IMG/VR virus record: IMGVR_UViG_3300048625_000378
Location: 1 to 63,028 of that record
DNA: 63,028 nucleotides
Direction: 5' to 3' (one strand)
Source: a virus
Taxonomy: Duplodnaviria > Caudoviricetes
The translations under genes and the position numbers were made by a program. Below are positions 37,234 to 46,923 of this stretch, one piece after another. The notes under the pieces were generated by a model, which searched no databases, was not told the origin of the DNA, and saw only the letters and a list, made by a program, of their open reading frames with translations. Each line of letters opens with the position of its first letter. Position 1 is the stretch's first letter.

Positions 37234-39462
37234 TTAAACTGCTTTTGAAATTAAGCCTTTGTTATTGAATTTTTTGAATGGGATTCTCATTGGTTTTGGT
37301 TTTTCGGTCTCTTGAACTATCCTGCTTTGGTTTCCCAATATCGAAAGACTAGAACTAATGTAAGCGTCGTATTTTGTTCTCTTTTGAGGATCTACTTCTT
37401 TCCATTGGATTAGAGTTCTGTTAAAATACATTTCTCCAATTTCCCCGATTGGCCTGTTTGAAGTGTCCCTAGCAACTCCTACATGGTCAGCTATGTATGC
37501 CTCAACTGCATAATATTGCTGGTCGCCAATTTTTGCGTCTTGTGGAGGAACTCCTCCAAATGTTTTTTCAGAATCGCTCAAGTCATCCCATTTTTTAAAT
37601 GGGTTATTTTTAACAAAATGTCGGTACTTTCTATCTATTAAATACTGCGAAAATTTTTCAGAAGATAACTCTGGAAGTATAGGCATTGATAAATATACCA
37701 TTGCCATAATTACATCTTCATAGAATAATTCAACCTTAGATGGCCGATCAATGTATTCTAAAATAAAAGCGTTATTGGGAAATGGACCTGTATTGAATTT
37801 TGTTGAAAAATGTATTGACCCCTGAGACCCTCTATTATCTACTGTTTTACTTCTATTGTATGGGTCAACTCCTCCGCAGCCAATATGTTCGTTCTTAGGC
37901 GCCCATGCTAGAACTCCTCGAATATTTTTCATTTCTTTTTGATTTCTATATTCAATAGGAGGGTGGGAGTCCTTACGAATCCAGAATCGGCCTTTTTCTG
38001 TGTTTGGCTCCCAAATAACTTCTGTATCTTGAAGCCCGTCTTTCCAACGAAAATTACCTCTTTCTACTTTATCATTACCATACTCTGAGTCTTCAAGCTC
38101 AAATTCATTATGGTCTATTTGCTCCAATAGCTTCATTAAGTCAAAAGCACATTCATCAGCAGATTCACGAAACGCATCACGCTCTGTATCCGGAAACTGA
38201 CGTAATTGCTCATTATATTTTGCGGGATCATCTTTTAAGGCGTCTAATTCAGCTTTTAGGTATGACGAAGCGCCTTGTTTAATAAAGTCTCCAATATCTG
38301 ATTTTATTGGCTCTGTTGGCTCATCAACAATTGAAAAACCATATTCATCGTAAAATCCTTCTAGACCAAACTTTGCCGGAATAAAAATTCTATATAAACC
38401 GGATTTTGTTTGTCCATTATCGTTTCTTTTTGATAGATCAGATTGGTCCCAAATGGTTTTATATTCTCGACCTCCTTTGTCAAGATCATTTACTGTTGAA
38501 ATTACAAAAGACTTACCTGTAATTCTTCTACCGACTCTATGTGAAGTTTTTACAATATACCAATAGTCATCAAATGGAACTTCTTTTGGGTATTTAGCAC
38601 TCTCATCCAAAATTGAACGGAAGATTTTATCACCGTCCATTGCGTTAATCTCGGTATTGTGCCAAACAATTTCTGTTTCAAGAGCTTCTTCTTCAATTAC
38701 CGATTCGCCTTTTTTACGTTTACGACTTGGTTTTGCAAATATTAACTCAGTTTTTGGAGTAGTATTCCCATCTGTCTCTGGAATAAAAAATGGAGGCAAC
38801 CTCTTGAAAGCACGAACTAAACGATTAAAAATCTTCTTAGCATCTTTACCTTTCTTTGAGACTATTCCTAAAAGTTTATTTGAAGTGATGGTTCCTGATT
38901 CAAGTAATTCAAAAATACCAAGCATAGTCGCTCCAAAACGACGGTTTTTTACATACTGCATCCCGTAACACCTATCGTCTGCCTTACATGCTTCCCAAAA
39001 AATCATTAATTCATTTTGAATAATTCTGAACTTTGGATATTGGTGTTCTTCTCTAATCCATTGCAAGCCATAATAATATGTTCCTGGAATCCAGACTGCT
39101 TTCCCTTTTATATAGACCCAAGTACCTTCATATCTTCTTTTGTGGCACTCGTCAATGTAGTTTTCAAATTTTGAGTAGTGCCAATTATGCTCTCCTAAAT
39201 CACTGGGTATTTCTTCGCGTTTCCATTTTTGATTTTGGGTTGTTTTATCCCAATTTAAAATTTGTTTATGTTCTGGTTTTTCAGGAAATCCAATGTTTAG
39301 TCCGCATACATTGTATATTTCGCCAAGCGTACCATCACGAGAAATTATGACTGTATCAATTTGTTCATTATAACCATATTTCCATTGACGTGTTTTATTC
39401 ATCCCTTTTAGAATGTTTTCGTCAACTTGGTTTTCTACTATATGGCCGAGGTAAAAGATCAT
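37234..39462 (-). CDS. terL: Terminase large subunit
   Basis: KNRRFGAT (Walker A), ILDESAK (Walker B), GGVDPY nuclease motif, RTKYDA. Confidence 0.9.
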   Translation of the reverse strand: MIFYLGHIVENQVDENILKGMNKTRQWKYGYNEQIDTVIISRDGTLGEIYNVCGLNIGFPEKPEHKQILNWDKTTQNQKWKREEIPSDLGEHNWHYSKFENYIDECHKRRYEGTWVYIKGKAVWIPGTYYYGLQWIREEHQYPKFRIIQNELMIFWEACKADDRCYGMQYVKNRRFGATMLGIFELLESGTITSNKLLGIVSKKGKDAKKIFNRLVRAFKRLPPFFIPETDGNTTPKTELIFAKPSRKRKKGESVIEEEALETEIVWHNTEINAMDGDKIFRSILDESAKYPKEVPFDDYWYIVKTSHRVGRRITGKSFVISTVNDLDKGGREYKTIWDQSDLSKRNDNGQTKSGLYRIFIPAKFGLEGFYDEYGFSIVDEPTEPIKSDIGDFIKQGASSYLKAELDALKDDPAKYNEQLRQFPDTERDAFRESADECAFDLMKLLEQIDHNEFELEDSEYGNDKVERGNFRWKDGLQDTEVIWEPNTEKGRFWIRKDSHPPIEYRNQKEMKNIRGVLAWAPKNEHIGCGGVDPYNRSKTVDNRGSQGSIHFSTKFNTGPFPNNAFILEYIDRPSKVELFYEDVIMAMVYLSMPILPELSSEKFSQYLIDRKYRHFVKNNPFKKWDDLSDSEKTFGGVPPQDAKIGDQQYYAVEAYIADHVGVARDTSNRPIGEIGEMYFNRTLIQWKEVDPQKRTKYDAYISSSLSILGNQSRIVQETEKPKPMRIPFKKFNNKGLISKAV

Positions 39463-39803
39463 TATTCTTTTCTAATGTGTTTGTTATTTGGATTTGAAGA
39501 ATCTTCTTCTGGCTGTCCGTCATTTTCTTGAACTCCTTTTTCAATATCGATTAAGTTTTTCTCTAGTTTCTCTATTTTATCTAGTAAACTATCTACTTCA
39601 TCTAATGATGTTTTTCTTTTTTTAATTGCATTAAGAAGCGCTTCTTCTTTTTGTTTTTCATTATATTCAGCAGCATCAATTACTTCTTGAAGTAAGTCAA
39701 CATTTGTAACTTCAAAAGTTTTAGCAATCAAATCTTTATACTTTTCAATTAACTTGACAGTAATATTTTTTCTGTAGTCTCTTGTAGCTTTACTATCGCT
39801 CAT
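39462..39803 (-). CDS. Putative terminase small subunit
   Basis: Small helical ORF coupled directly upstream of terL. Confidence 0.55.
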   Translation of the reverse strand: MSDSKATRDYRKNITVKLIEKYKDLIAKTFEVTNVDLLQEVIDAAEYNEKQKEEALLNAIKKRKTSLDEVDSLLDKIEKLEKNLIDIEKGVQENDGQPEEDSSNPNNKHIRKE

Positions 39804-39804
39804 A

Positions 39805-40410
39805 TTATTGAATTTTAGCTAAAACATGTCGGTTTTTAATCCAGCTATATTCAACTCCTTCGATCCAAAAAGGAACGCCATATCCTTCTTCTACAAAAAC
39901 CAAATCGCCATCTTTTATATTCTCTTTACTTAATCGCTCGGTTGCATGTAAGATTCTGGCACGATTTTTTGAGGTAGCTATAGTTTTAGCTTCCAATACG
40001 ATTAAGTCAGATTTTATTTCATCCGCTTCTTCTTTTTCAAATTGGATTAATATGTTTTCAGAATTTGCTTTCCATTGCGAATTTTCATTTTCTCTAAATA
40101 AAACAATCATTCCTTCTTCTATTCTATACAGACCTTTGTTTTTGTCAATTGTAAACGGAGTTTCTTGAACCCCGGTAACCACAAACTCTGCCTCATATAA
40201 AATTGTTGGATCAATCATCACTTGAAACCCTTTTTTGATTGGGGTCTTACCTTCTAGGGTAAAAGGGATTTCTTCAACTACTGCAATTCGATTCGACAAT
40301 CTATCTTGCGAAAATCTTGAATCAGCATGTAGTTCAAGTCCGCTTTCTGTTTTGAATGTCTTTGCGTAGATGAAATCTACTTTTATAATAAAATCATTAT
40401 AACCTTTCAT
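39805..40410 (-). CDS. GroES-like phage protein (two GroES-like halves)
   Basis: KTESGLEL...IKKGFQVMI; SDLIVL...IKDGDLVF...IEGVEY. Confidence 0.55.
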   Translation of the reverse strand: MKGYNDFIIKVDFIYAKTFKTESGLELHADSRFSQDRLSNRIAVVEEIPFTLEGKTPIKKGFQVMIDPTILYEAEFVVTGVQETPFTIDKNKGLYRIEEGMIVLFRENENSQWKANSENILIQFEKEEADEIKSDLIVLEAKTIATSKNRARILHATERLSKENIKDGDLVFVEEGYGVPFWIEGVEYSWIKNRHVLAKIQ

Positions 40411-40471
40411 ATAAAACACATATTAATTCATAAAAGTACATAAAAAACACACATGAAAAATCAAAAATAAA

Positions 40472-41170
40472 CTACCTCTTAAAATTAAATATCGACACAT
40501 CGTATTCACCCAACAAATAATCTTGATTTCCAATTCTTTGATATGATCCTCTAATTATATTCCCTTTTTTATTTTGCAAACTAAGATTCAATTTCCAAGT
40601 TGCTTGATTCAAGTCTTTATTGATTCCAAAACCACCGCCCATCAGAACACGTAATACTGTTTCTTTTTGCTTCACGGGAACCTCGATAGCTTTAGACTTA
40701 ATCTTATAACTAGGAGTAATTTCTTTGACTTGTCCTTGAACCACTCCTTCCATATATAGCTCTAGGTATTCGTCCTCGTATTTGGTTGAAAAGTTATTTA
40801 ACTGAGCCACCTGCTCAAATAGCAACTGCTTTTTCAACGAATCTCTTTCTTGCACAAAAGCCAATTTTAATTTTTCATTTTCGGTAGCGTATTGCTTTAG
40901 CCTTTCATTCTCAGCTACTAATTGCTGATTGATTGGATTTTCAACTTTGACAATTTTTGACTTGTCATTTTTTGGCAACTTTATCAATTCGTGATCAGGC
41001 TTTTTAGGTTCAAAAACCCCTTGCACCTCTGGAACCGTTACTTCAACCTTTGCAATTTGCGGTTCAGGATTTGAACTTGTGCATCCTTTTAGCCAAAGGA
41101 ACGCGAATACTATCGCAGTAATTATTGAAAATACCTTTACCCAGTCGATTTGTTTTGCTTGTGTATTCAT
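40472..41170 (-). CDS. Membrane-anchored lysis accessory protein (spanin-like)
   Basis: N-terminal TM followed by KGC, coiled coil and beta-rich C-terminus; downstream of the endolysin. Confidence 0.5.
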   Translation of the reverse strand: MNTQAKQIDWVKVFSIITAIVFAFLWLKGCTSSNPEPQIAKVEVTVPEVQGVFEPKKPDHELIKLPKNDKSKIVKVENPINQQLVAENERLKQYATENEKLKLAFVQERDSLKKQLLFEQVAQLNNFSTKYEDEYLELYMEGVVQGQVKEITPSYKIKSKAIEVPVKQKETVLRVLMGGGFGINKDLNQATWKLNLSLQNKKGNIIRGSYQRIGNQDYLLGEYDVSIFNFKR

Positions 41171-41286
41171 TTTTTAAAAGAATTTAGATTTTGAAATAAA
41201 AGTACTTGCTAGGTTGTGGCTAATTATATCAGGTATTCCAATTACGTTTACTCCAATTTGAAAGTAAATCATTGTGATTAATTTTT

Positions 41287-41811
41287 TCATGATCTATTTT
41301 TGATTTCGGCATTTGCCAGTTTAACATCATATTTTTTTTTCCAATACAAAGGACCGTTGTATAGGTAGGCAACTGTTTTCCAATCCTTAGCTAAAACAGC
41401 TTTAAAAAGCCGTTTATCTGTTTGTATGAACTTTAACCCCAACCATAACTGATTTGCTTCGGACTTCTTTGCAAAATCCCACATAGCATCAACTGACTTG
41501 AATCCTAAACGCTTCCAATGTAGCCCCATAACCTGCATACGTCCAATAGAAGTGCTTTCCATTGCTTTCTGCGGATTTTTAGCAAATGCTTTATTAAAAG
41601 CAAGCCACTCTTTAGTTTGATTATCCACACCATTTTGAATTAAAACTTTTGCTAATTTTTTGAACCAACTCGGCTCGAATTGAATCTTAATTTTTCCTGT
41701 AGCTGGATCAAATCCCTCTCCGCTGCTTTCAACTTCATCAATAGCCTTAATAGATGATATTGGGAGTCCAAAATCCAGCGCTAGTAACTGATAATTTTCT
41801 TTTGATATCAT
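41287..41811 (-). CDS. N-acetylmuramidase endolysin (DUF3380 family)
   Basis: AIDEVESSGEGF..KIQFEP; STSIGRMQVMG; AYLYNGP..YDVKL. Confidence 0.9.
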   Translation of the reverse strand: MISKENYQLLALDFGLPISSIKAIDEVESSGEGFDPATGKIKIQFEPSWFKKLAKVLIQNGVDNQTKEWLAFNKAFAKNPQKAMESTSIGRMQVMGLHWKRLGFKSVDAMWDFAKKSEANQLWLGLKFIQTDKRLFKAVLAKDWKTVAYLYNGPLYWKKKYDVKLANAEIKNRS

Positions 41812-42044
41812 AGTTTAAAAATAAATTTTATAAAAGCCCATAACCCAGTAAATACAGCACCGCCAAAGAAAGCAGCGCTCGAAAATTTAGCCACGTAGAC
41901 TTTCTCTCTGATTAATAAATTTTCTAAATCAGCATCGATGCGATTTACTTTTTCAACCAGTCCTTCTTGTTTAGTTTTAGGGTCTGATTCTAGGTAGTAG
42001 AGAATCCTATCTACCTTTTGGGTTAGGTCTTTGATTTGGTCCAT
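41808..42044 (-). CDS. Holin-like protein (coiled coil plus C-terminal TM)
   Basis: MDQIKDL start; AAFFGGAVFTGLWAFIKFIF; overlaps the endolysin start. Confidence 0.5.
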   Translation of the reverse strand: MDQIKDLTQKVDRILYYLESDPKTKQEGLVEKVNRIDADLENLLIREKVYVAKFSSAAFFGGAVFTGLWAFIKFIFKL

Positions 42045-42054
42045 AATGCTAATA

Positions 42055-42627
42055 TTAAGAAGTTTTTTCAACTGGCTTTGGGTTCCATAAATACCCACAG
42101 ATAATCACCCCAGAAAGGTGTATCAATTTGATGGTCCCATCTGAAAGCCCTGAGTTAGCAAGAATTTCAAATGCATTATCTACGTATACTGTTGCCAATA
42201 AACCTATCAATGCCCAGTGCTTTGCTACTAATTTTTTAAGTGTTTTCATGTATTTTTTATTTTTAAAAATTAATAATTCAATTAAGGTTATCGCGATAGT
42301 TAAAAAATCATTCCAAGACCAGTCTGTATATCCAAAATACCTATCGATAAAGTTGTTTATTAGTACGTTTTTTATTACTACGTATAAAGTGTTGCCTATT
42401 ATTGATTTTACCCCATCTCTTAACGCTATAATCGATATTAAAAAAGCAAGTCGATAAAGGTCTAAAGCCAATTCATAAGCATTTATATTATATTGATAGT
42501 ATGCAAAATCACTAATGTTTTTAACTAATAGAAAAATTAAAAAACTTGATGATAATAAAACTACGTTACTTAATTGGCCCTTTAGGTGCTGGACCAGAAG
42601 GGTTGGGAATTGCTTTAGCTTGTACAT
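42055..42627 (-). CDS. Multi-pass membrane protein, holin candidate; possible internal start at 42249
   Basis: Several hydrophobic segments; A-rich run before MKTLKK. Confidence 0.5.
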   Translation of the reverse strand: MYKLKQFPTLLVQHLKGQLSNVVLLSSSFLIFLLVKNISDFAYYQYNINAYELALDLYRLAFLISIIALRDGVKSIIGNTLYVVIKNVLINNFIDRYFGYTDWSWNDFLTIAITLIELLIFKNKKYMKTLKKLVAKHWALIGLLATVYVDNAFEILANSGLSDGTIKLIHLSGVIICGYLWNPKPVEKTS

Positions 42628-42838
42628 CTTGTTTAAAATTTGGATTCGCTCTAATCTCTTCGCAGTCTATTCCCTCCATATCCTCATCGGCAGGTTTTGG
42701 GATTGCGAATTTTCCGTCGTCCGTTTCTTTTGGTTCCAGACCAGAACTATCTTTGCCTTTTTCTTTCAGTCTACTTCCAATAAAAATTGAAGCTATCACT
42801 GCTGTAGTTAAAATTGTGTAAATTAAAAATTCATGCAT
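42566..42838 (-). CDS. Small membrane-anchored protein
   Basis: N-terminal TM and P-rich tail. Confidence 0.55.
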   Translation of the reverse strand: MHEFLIYTILTTAVIASIFIGSRLKEKGKDSSGLEPKETDDGKFAIPKPADEDMEGIDCEEIRANPNFKQDVQAKAIPNPSGPAPKGPIK

Positions 42839-42872
42839 GGTAATTAAATTTGTGGCATTCGCCGATTAATAT

Positions 42873-45515
42873 TTATTCAAAAAGAGTATCATTTAACGTT
42901 CTTTTTTCGTGGCTCCAAGTCGTGTCCGCAATGCTATTCATGTCGTTTTGCGATATATTCGCAGTAGCCTTAGACCATAGCGCCGCATGTACATCAATAC
43001 CATTGGCATTGCGCACCATAACCTGATTGCCAGCTACTCCGCTAGCATCTTCAATGTATAGCGGTAGTGTGATGTATAGCGATGGCGTATTGGTGTTATT
43101 TAGATTAGATTTTGCTCTTCCTTTAAAAAATGCCGAATACACTCTAAAACCACCATCAATAAGCTGAACGCTTCCAACAGTATTAGCAAGCAATGAAAGC
43201 GCTGCAAAATTCCCACCATTCGATACGATAAAATAGTGCATTGCATTCAACACTTCGGCAGGTGTATAGTTCGCCAAATCAGTGTCTACTTCAACATACA
43301 ACAATGAATTATCTACAATAGACGAAAAATATCCAGCTACTGTGTTTCTAGTGGTGGCATCCAAAGCTGTGTCGACCAAAGTCTCTGGAATGTGTGTAAT
43401 TACTAGGCTCGAAGCTGTAGCCGATGTATTGGTGATTTTTGATTGGTAGCCGTAGGCTTGGCTATATACACGCAGGCTTCCTCCTACAGGCATATAGACT
43501 GTCTTTGATTGAATTAGGCTTTGGAATCCTGTGTCCTCTACAATATTTCCAGCTCCATTGTATACCCAAATCTGCGTTGAAAATAGATTGTTACCCGCAT
43601 CCGTAATCGTGATAGGATATTGTGCCACAACACGCGTACCTGTGTTTACACTTGAGTTAACGAGATTCAGCTTCACGTTTCCAGTTCCTGCGTTGCTAAC
43701 TGTTCCTGAAATAGTACAATTGGTCAATGTAACTACTATATCGGTGTTGGTATTGTAGACTAGATTGCCGCCAATGACTACATTAGATAAGTTAGTTGGC
43801 GTTGCTTGACTTATGTTACCACTTATGGTTAGGTTAGCAAGAGTGCCGTTGGCGGTTGCAGTTCCAGTCGAAGCAATAGAAGTAAGCTTAGTTCCTGCTG
43901 TTAGTTTCTCAACCCCTGTTACCGGAATAGAACCAAAACCCATCTCTTTTCCGTTTGCCGAAAAAGGATTAACAACCGACATATTAGCTTCAAGGTAGGC
44001 TTTTGTAATATCCCAACATCTATCAATAGTCATTGCTGCATTGATAGTCATCGCCGTGATTGCATTCGCAACAACTGTGAATGTTATATCTGAAAGGTTC
44101 GCCGACTGGTCAGTTGTATAATATGGGTCTGTACTCATAAACTGTGTCAGCTCCACCCCATTGATAGTCATGTCTGCTGTATATGTTGCTTCTACTAAGT
44201 CTTTTCTTCTGAATAAAAACGATTTTGCCGTATAGTTCTTGGCGTTTTGTAATGGTATATACGAACCACCACCAACTCTATTTCCATAGTATATAAGCAT
44301 TTGTTTGTTTACCACTCCAGAAACCATTGTATCAAGAGAGGCTTGAGAGTTATCAGATGTGTTGACTGTTCTAATTTTCACGCCAGAAAGTAGACTAGAA
44401 CCTTGTTTTGCGGTAATGTTGACAAGCCGTGTAAAATAACCCGAGAAGCCGTCAAAATAAGCCTTAATTTGCGTTGCGAAATTAAATCCAACAGGTACAA
44501 CTAAATCCTCAAAGAACTGAAAGCTATCACTACCAATAAAACCTATACCTCTTGAATTATCTGAAGGTATATCGGGTGTATATTTCGATAATGCTCTGTA
44601 TGATTTCGTTGTGGCAGACCCTGCAATAGTACCATTTGCCGTGGCAGTTATCACATCACCTATTGAAGGTATAACGGTAAGTGTGTTGAATAGTGTTTGC
44701 CAGTTTGCAAGAGTGGCAGTGCCAAGCGATGCTACTATATACTTTGTACCTGACATAACAGTACTACTTGCAGATGCCGTTGCAACACCGATTTTATTGT
44801 CAACAAAGTTGCCTTCATAAAGCCCTGAATGTGTCAAGCCTATGAGGTTCGTTGGGTTTACAGTTAGATTTGTACGTATGGCAGATATATTACTCTTGGT
44901 AATGAGAGGCGCGTCTATTAACTGATTTTCGGCATAGGTTAACAAGCAGTTGTTTATACTTCCGGTCATCGTTTGAGACGTAAATAACACCCCTTTATTC
45001 GCCCCTACAGGAGAAGCAAATCTATTGTTATTCCAGTTTACAACCCCAGTTGTGCCTATAAGGACATTAGTTCCACCAGCTGCAAGCCCAGAACCTGTAT
45101 ATATAACCGTGAATCCGATGTTATTTTTTTGGTTTAGCGCAGAACCGCTAATCCAGTCACAGCCAGTTCCAGCATAGACAAGTCCCGAGGCGCAATAATA
45201 TGACCAGTTATCATCAAGGTATGCAGCAGAAATAGTAATTCCAACTTCAAGCCAGATATTATTACTTCCTTGAATATATGCAAGTGGAGCCCAGTTAGCA
45301 GAGCTAAAAGCACCTGCAACAGTAACCACAGTTGTGCAGCGATAGAGAGCAAGCCCGAGACCACCACCAGCATTGTATTTCATTATAGCACCAACGGCGT
45401 ATGTTGAGCCTGTCGAAAAAGCCGTAGCATCATTGATGATGTTGTTAGGCGTCAGTCTTGAGCCTGATGTGCCTCCTGTGAGTGTAAGTGTGTTAGAAGC
45501 GTATGATATTGCCAT
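42873..45515 (-). CDS. Tail fibre/spike-like receptor-binding protein
   Basis: 880 aa, T/A/S/G/N-rich beta-helix-like composition; GC visibly above flanks. Confidence 0.6.
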   Translation of the reverse strand: MAISYASNTLTLTGGTSGSRLTPNNIINDATAFSTGSTYAVGAIMKYNAGGGLGLALYRCTTVVTVAGAFSSANWAPLAYIQGSNNIWLEVGITISAAYLDDNWSYYCASGLVYAGTGCDWISGSALNQKNNIGFTVIYTGSGLAAGGTNVLIGTTGVVNWNNNRFASPVGANKGVLFTSQTMTGSINNCLLTYAENQLIDAPLITKSNISAIRTNLTVNPTNLIGLTHSGLYEGNFVDNKIGVATASASSTVMSGTKYIVASLGTATLANWQTLFNTLTVIPSIGDVITATANGTIAGSATTKSYRALSKYTPDIPSDNSRGIGFIGSDSFQFFEDLVVPVGFNFATQIKAYFDGFSGYFTRLVNITAKQGSSLLSGVKIRTVNTSDNSQASLDTMVSGVVNKQMLIYYGNRVGGGSYIPLQNAKNYTAKSFLFRRKDLVEATYTADMTINGVELTQFMSTDPYYTTDQSANLSDITFTVVANAITAMTINAAMTIDRCWDITKAYLEANMSVVNPFSANGKEMGFGSIPVTGVEKLTAGTKLTSIASTGTATANGTLANLTISGNISQATPTNLSNVVIGGNLVYNTNTDIVVTLTNCTISGTVSNAGTGNVKLNLVNSSVNTGTRVVAQYPITITDAGNNLFSTQIWVYNGAGNIVEDTGFQSLIQSKTVYMPVGGSLRVYSQAYGYQSKITNTSATASSLVITHIPETLVDTALDATTRNTVAGYFSSIVDNSLLYVEVDTDLANYTPAEVLNAMHYFIVSNGGNFAALSLLANTVGSVQLIDGGFRVYSAFFKGRAKSNLNNTNTPSLYITLPLYIEDASGVAGNQVMVRNANGIDVHAALWSKATANISQNDMNSIADTTWSHEKRTLNDTLFE

Positions 45516-45516
45516 C

Positions 45517-45816
45517 TTACAATATTATTTTTTTGGTTGCCGTAAGCCCCGTTAGTAATCCGTTATTGAATGTAGTATAGAAACTATCTTCGCTTTTATC
45601 GTTTGCAATGAATCGATAGCGAATACCTCCACCTGGATAGGTGTATTTTGCCACTCTACCCGTAGCAATGTCTGGCAGTTTTTCAATCGACAAAAAGCCT
45701 GAAACTAGCGTAAACCAGTTTTCTTTATTGGCTTTTTTGTCAATAGAAATTGCCATTGCTTTCATTAAAGAAGCGATGTGACTGATAACCGACGATATTC
45801 TAGTTTCTAAACTCAT
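45517..45816 (-). CDS. Hypothetical tail-associated protein
   Basis: Operonic; N-terminus resembles that of the upstream gene (LETRI/HEERI). Confidence 0.55.
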   Translation of the reverse strand: MSLETRISSVISHIASLMKAMAISIDKKANKENWFTLVSGFLSIEKLPDIATGRVAKYTYPGGGIRYRFIANDKSEDSFYTTFNNGLLTGLTATKKIIL

Positions 45817-45817
45817 T

Positions 45818-46324
45818 TCAGCTTAAATAAGCAGTGTTAAAATCAGCTACAAAGTCTCTATCTGTATTACCAATGTTGGTAGCCAAAGTGGCTAAATCAG
45901 TTGCCGATGCAGCGCCAATGTTTGTTCTGGCCTGTGCTTTTTGCACGTCCGTGAAAGACTGTGCCAATGCAACCGAAACTAAACCAGTATCGGTTTGTGC
46001 CAAAGCCACAATCTTATCGGCTAATTCTTTTAGCGTATCAGCATCAGAACTAGCTCCATTTATCAAATTAGCCACTGCCGTAGTAATTAACGAAGTGATT
46101 TTGGTAGAACTATATGTTTTGTTTAAGGCTGGAGTGGCATCATCAATTACCGAGCTTGGCGCTGGCAAAGCGTTGATATTCGACTTCAACTCATTTAGAG
46201 CTGCAACAATGTTTGTTTTATCAATAGTCGATAAATTAGCTATGTTGCCAATCTTTGCATTTACTGCTTTAATAGTGTTAGCCGCTTGAACTGCTAAGGC
46301 TACTATTCTTTCTTCATGTGTCAT
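45818..46324 (-). CDS. Tail fibre-associated protein
   Basis: IGNIANLSTIDKTNIVAALNE; DTLKELA; QKAQARTNIGA. Confidence 0.65.
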   Translation of the reverse strand: MTHEERIVALAVQAANTIKAVNAKIGNIANLSTIDKTNIVAALNELKSNINALPAPSSVIDDATPALNKTYSSTKITSLITTAVANLINGASSDADTLKELADKIVALAQTDTGLVSVALAQSFTDVQKAQARTNIGAASATDLATLATNIGNTDRDFVADFNTAYLS

Positions 46325-46329
46325 AATTC

Positions 46330-46551
46330 CTAAGTATTAAGTGCTATTAAAAAATCTTGTGCAAAATCACGCTCATAGTTTCCTAGAATGGATAGATCAG
46401 CATTTTTGCCAGGCAACCCTTGTTTACCTAATGTTGACATTTCCACTACGATATCCACTTTATTAGAAGATACTACTACTTCGAACTGCTTAGGATTAGA
46501 AGTAAGCTGAACGTCTATTTTTTTAATGGTTTGATTGATTACTACTTCCAT
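46330..46551 (-). CDS. Hypothetical protein with a short collagen-like motif
   Basis: GKQGLPGKN. Confidence 0.5.
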   Translation of the reverse strand: MEVVINQTIKKIDVQLTSNPKQFEVVVSSNKVDIVVEMSTLGKQGLPGKNADLSILGNYERDFAQDFLIALNT

Positions 46552-46556
46552 TTTTC

Positions 46557-46922
46557 TTAATCTGTTATGTTCCAAAAAATCTTTGGAAAAGGGTAATTTG
46601 TGCCGTCAGGATAATAAATCTTGATTTCAAACGTATAGTCATAAGCCGGAAGATTGATTATACGTGGCAGAAAACTAATAATGTTAGTTGCTGTCGGATG
46701 TTCAGTATCGCCCATCACGATAGCACCATTATCCGTTGACATTTCCAAAGCTGTCGAGCCTAGGCGACCTTTAATTAGCTTACCTACCGCTTCAATAGCG
46801 CTTACATCCATAGGCGTCTTAACATTGCCTTCTTCTTTATTTGAAAAAGCCAACGATATACCATCCCAAGTAGTTCCTTTCTTATGGTCCGGAAGTCTTA
46901 ATTCATCGTTTCCGCAAATCAT
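46557..46922 (-). CDS. BppU-N-like fibre attachment protein
   Basis: KKGTTWDG...YDYTFEIKIYYPDG. Confidence 0.5.
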   Translation of the reverse strand: MICGNDELRLPDHKKGTTWDGISLAFSNKEEGNVKTPMDVSAIEAVGKLIKGRLGSTALEMSTDNGAIVMGDTEHPTATNIISFLPRIINLPAYDYTFEIKIYYPDGTNYPFPKIFWNITD

Positions 46923-46923
46923 T

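Noticed and set aside
13695-39462. Stop-codon reassignment as in some crAss-like phages
   Set aside because: Core genes are full length in the standard code, and no suppressor tRNA is seen
32292-39462. Introns or inteins in TerL, portal or MCP
   Set aside because: ORFs are uninterrupted, and no intein or LAGLIDADG motifs were seen
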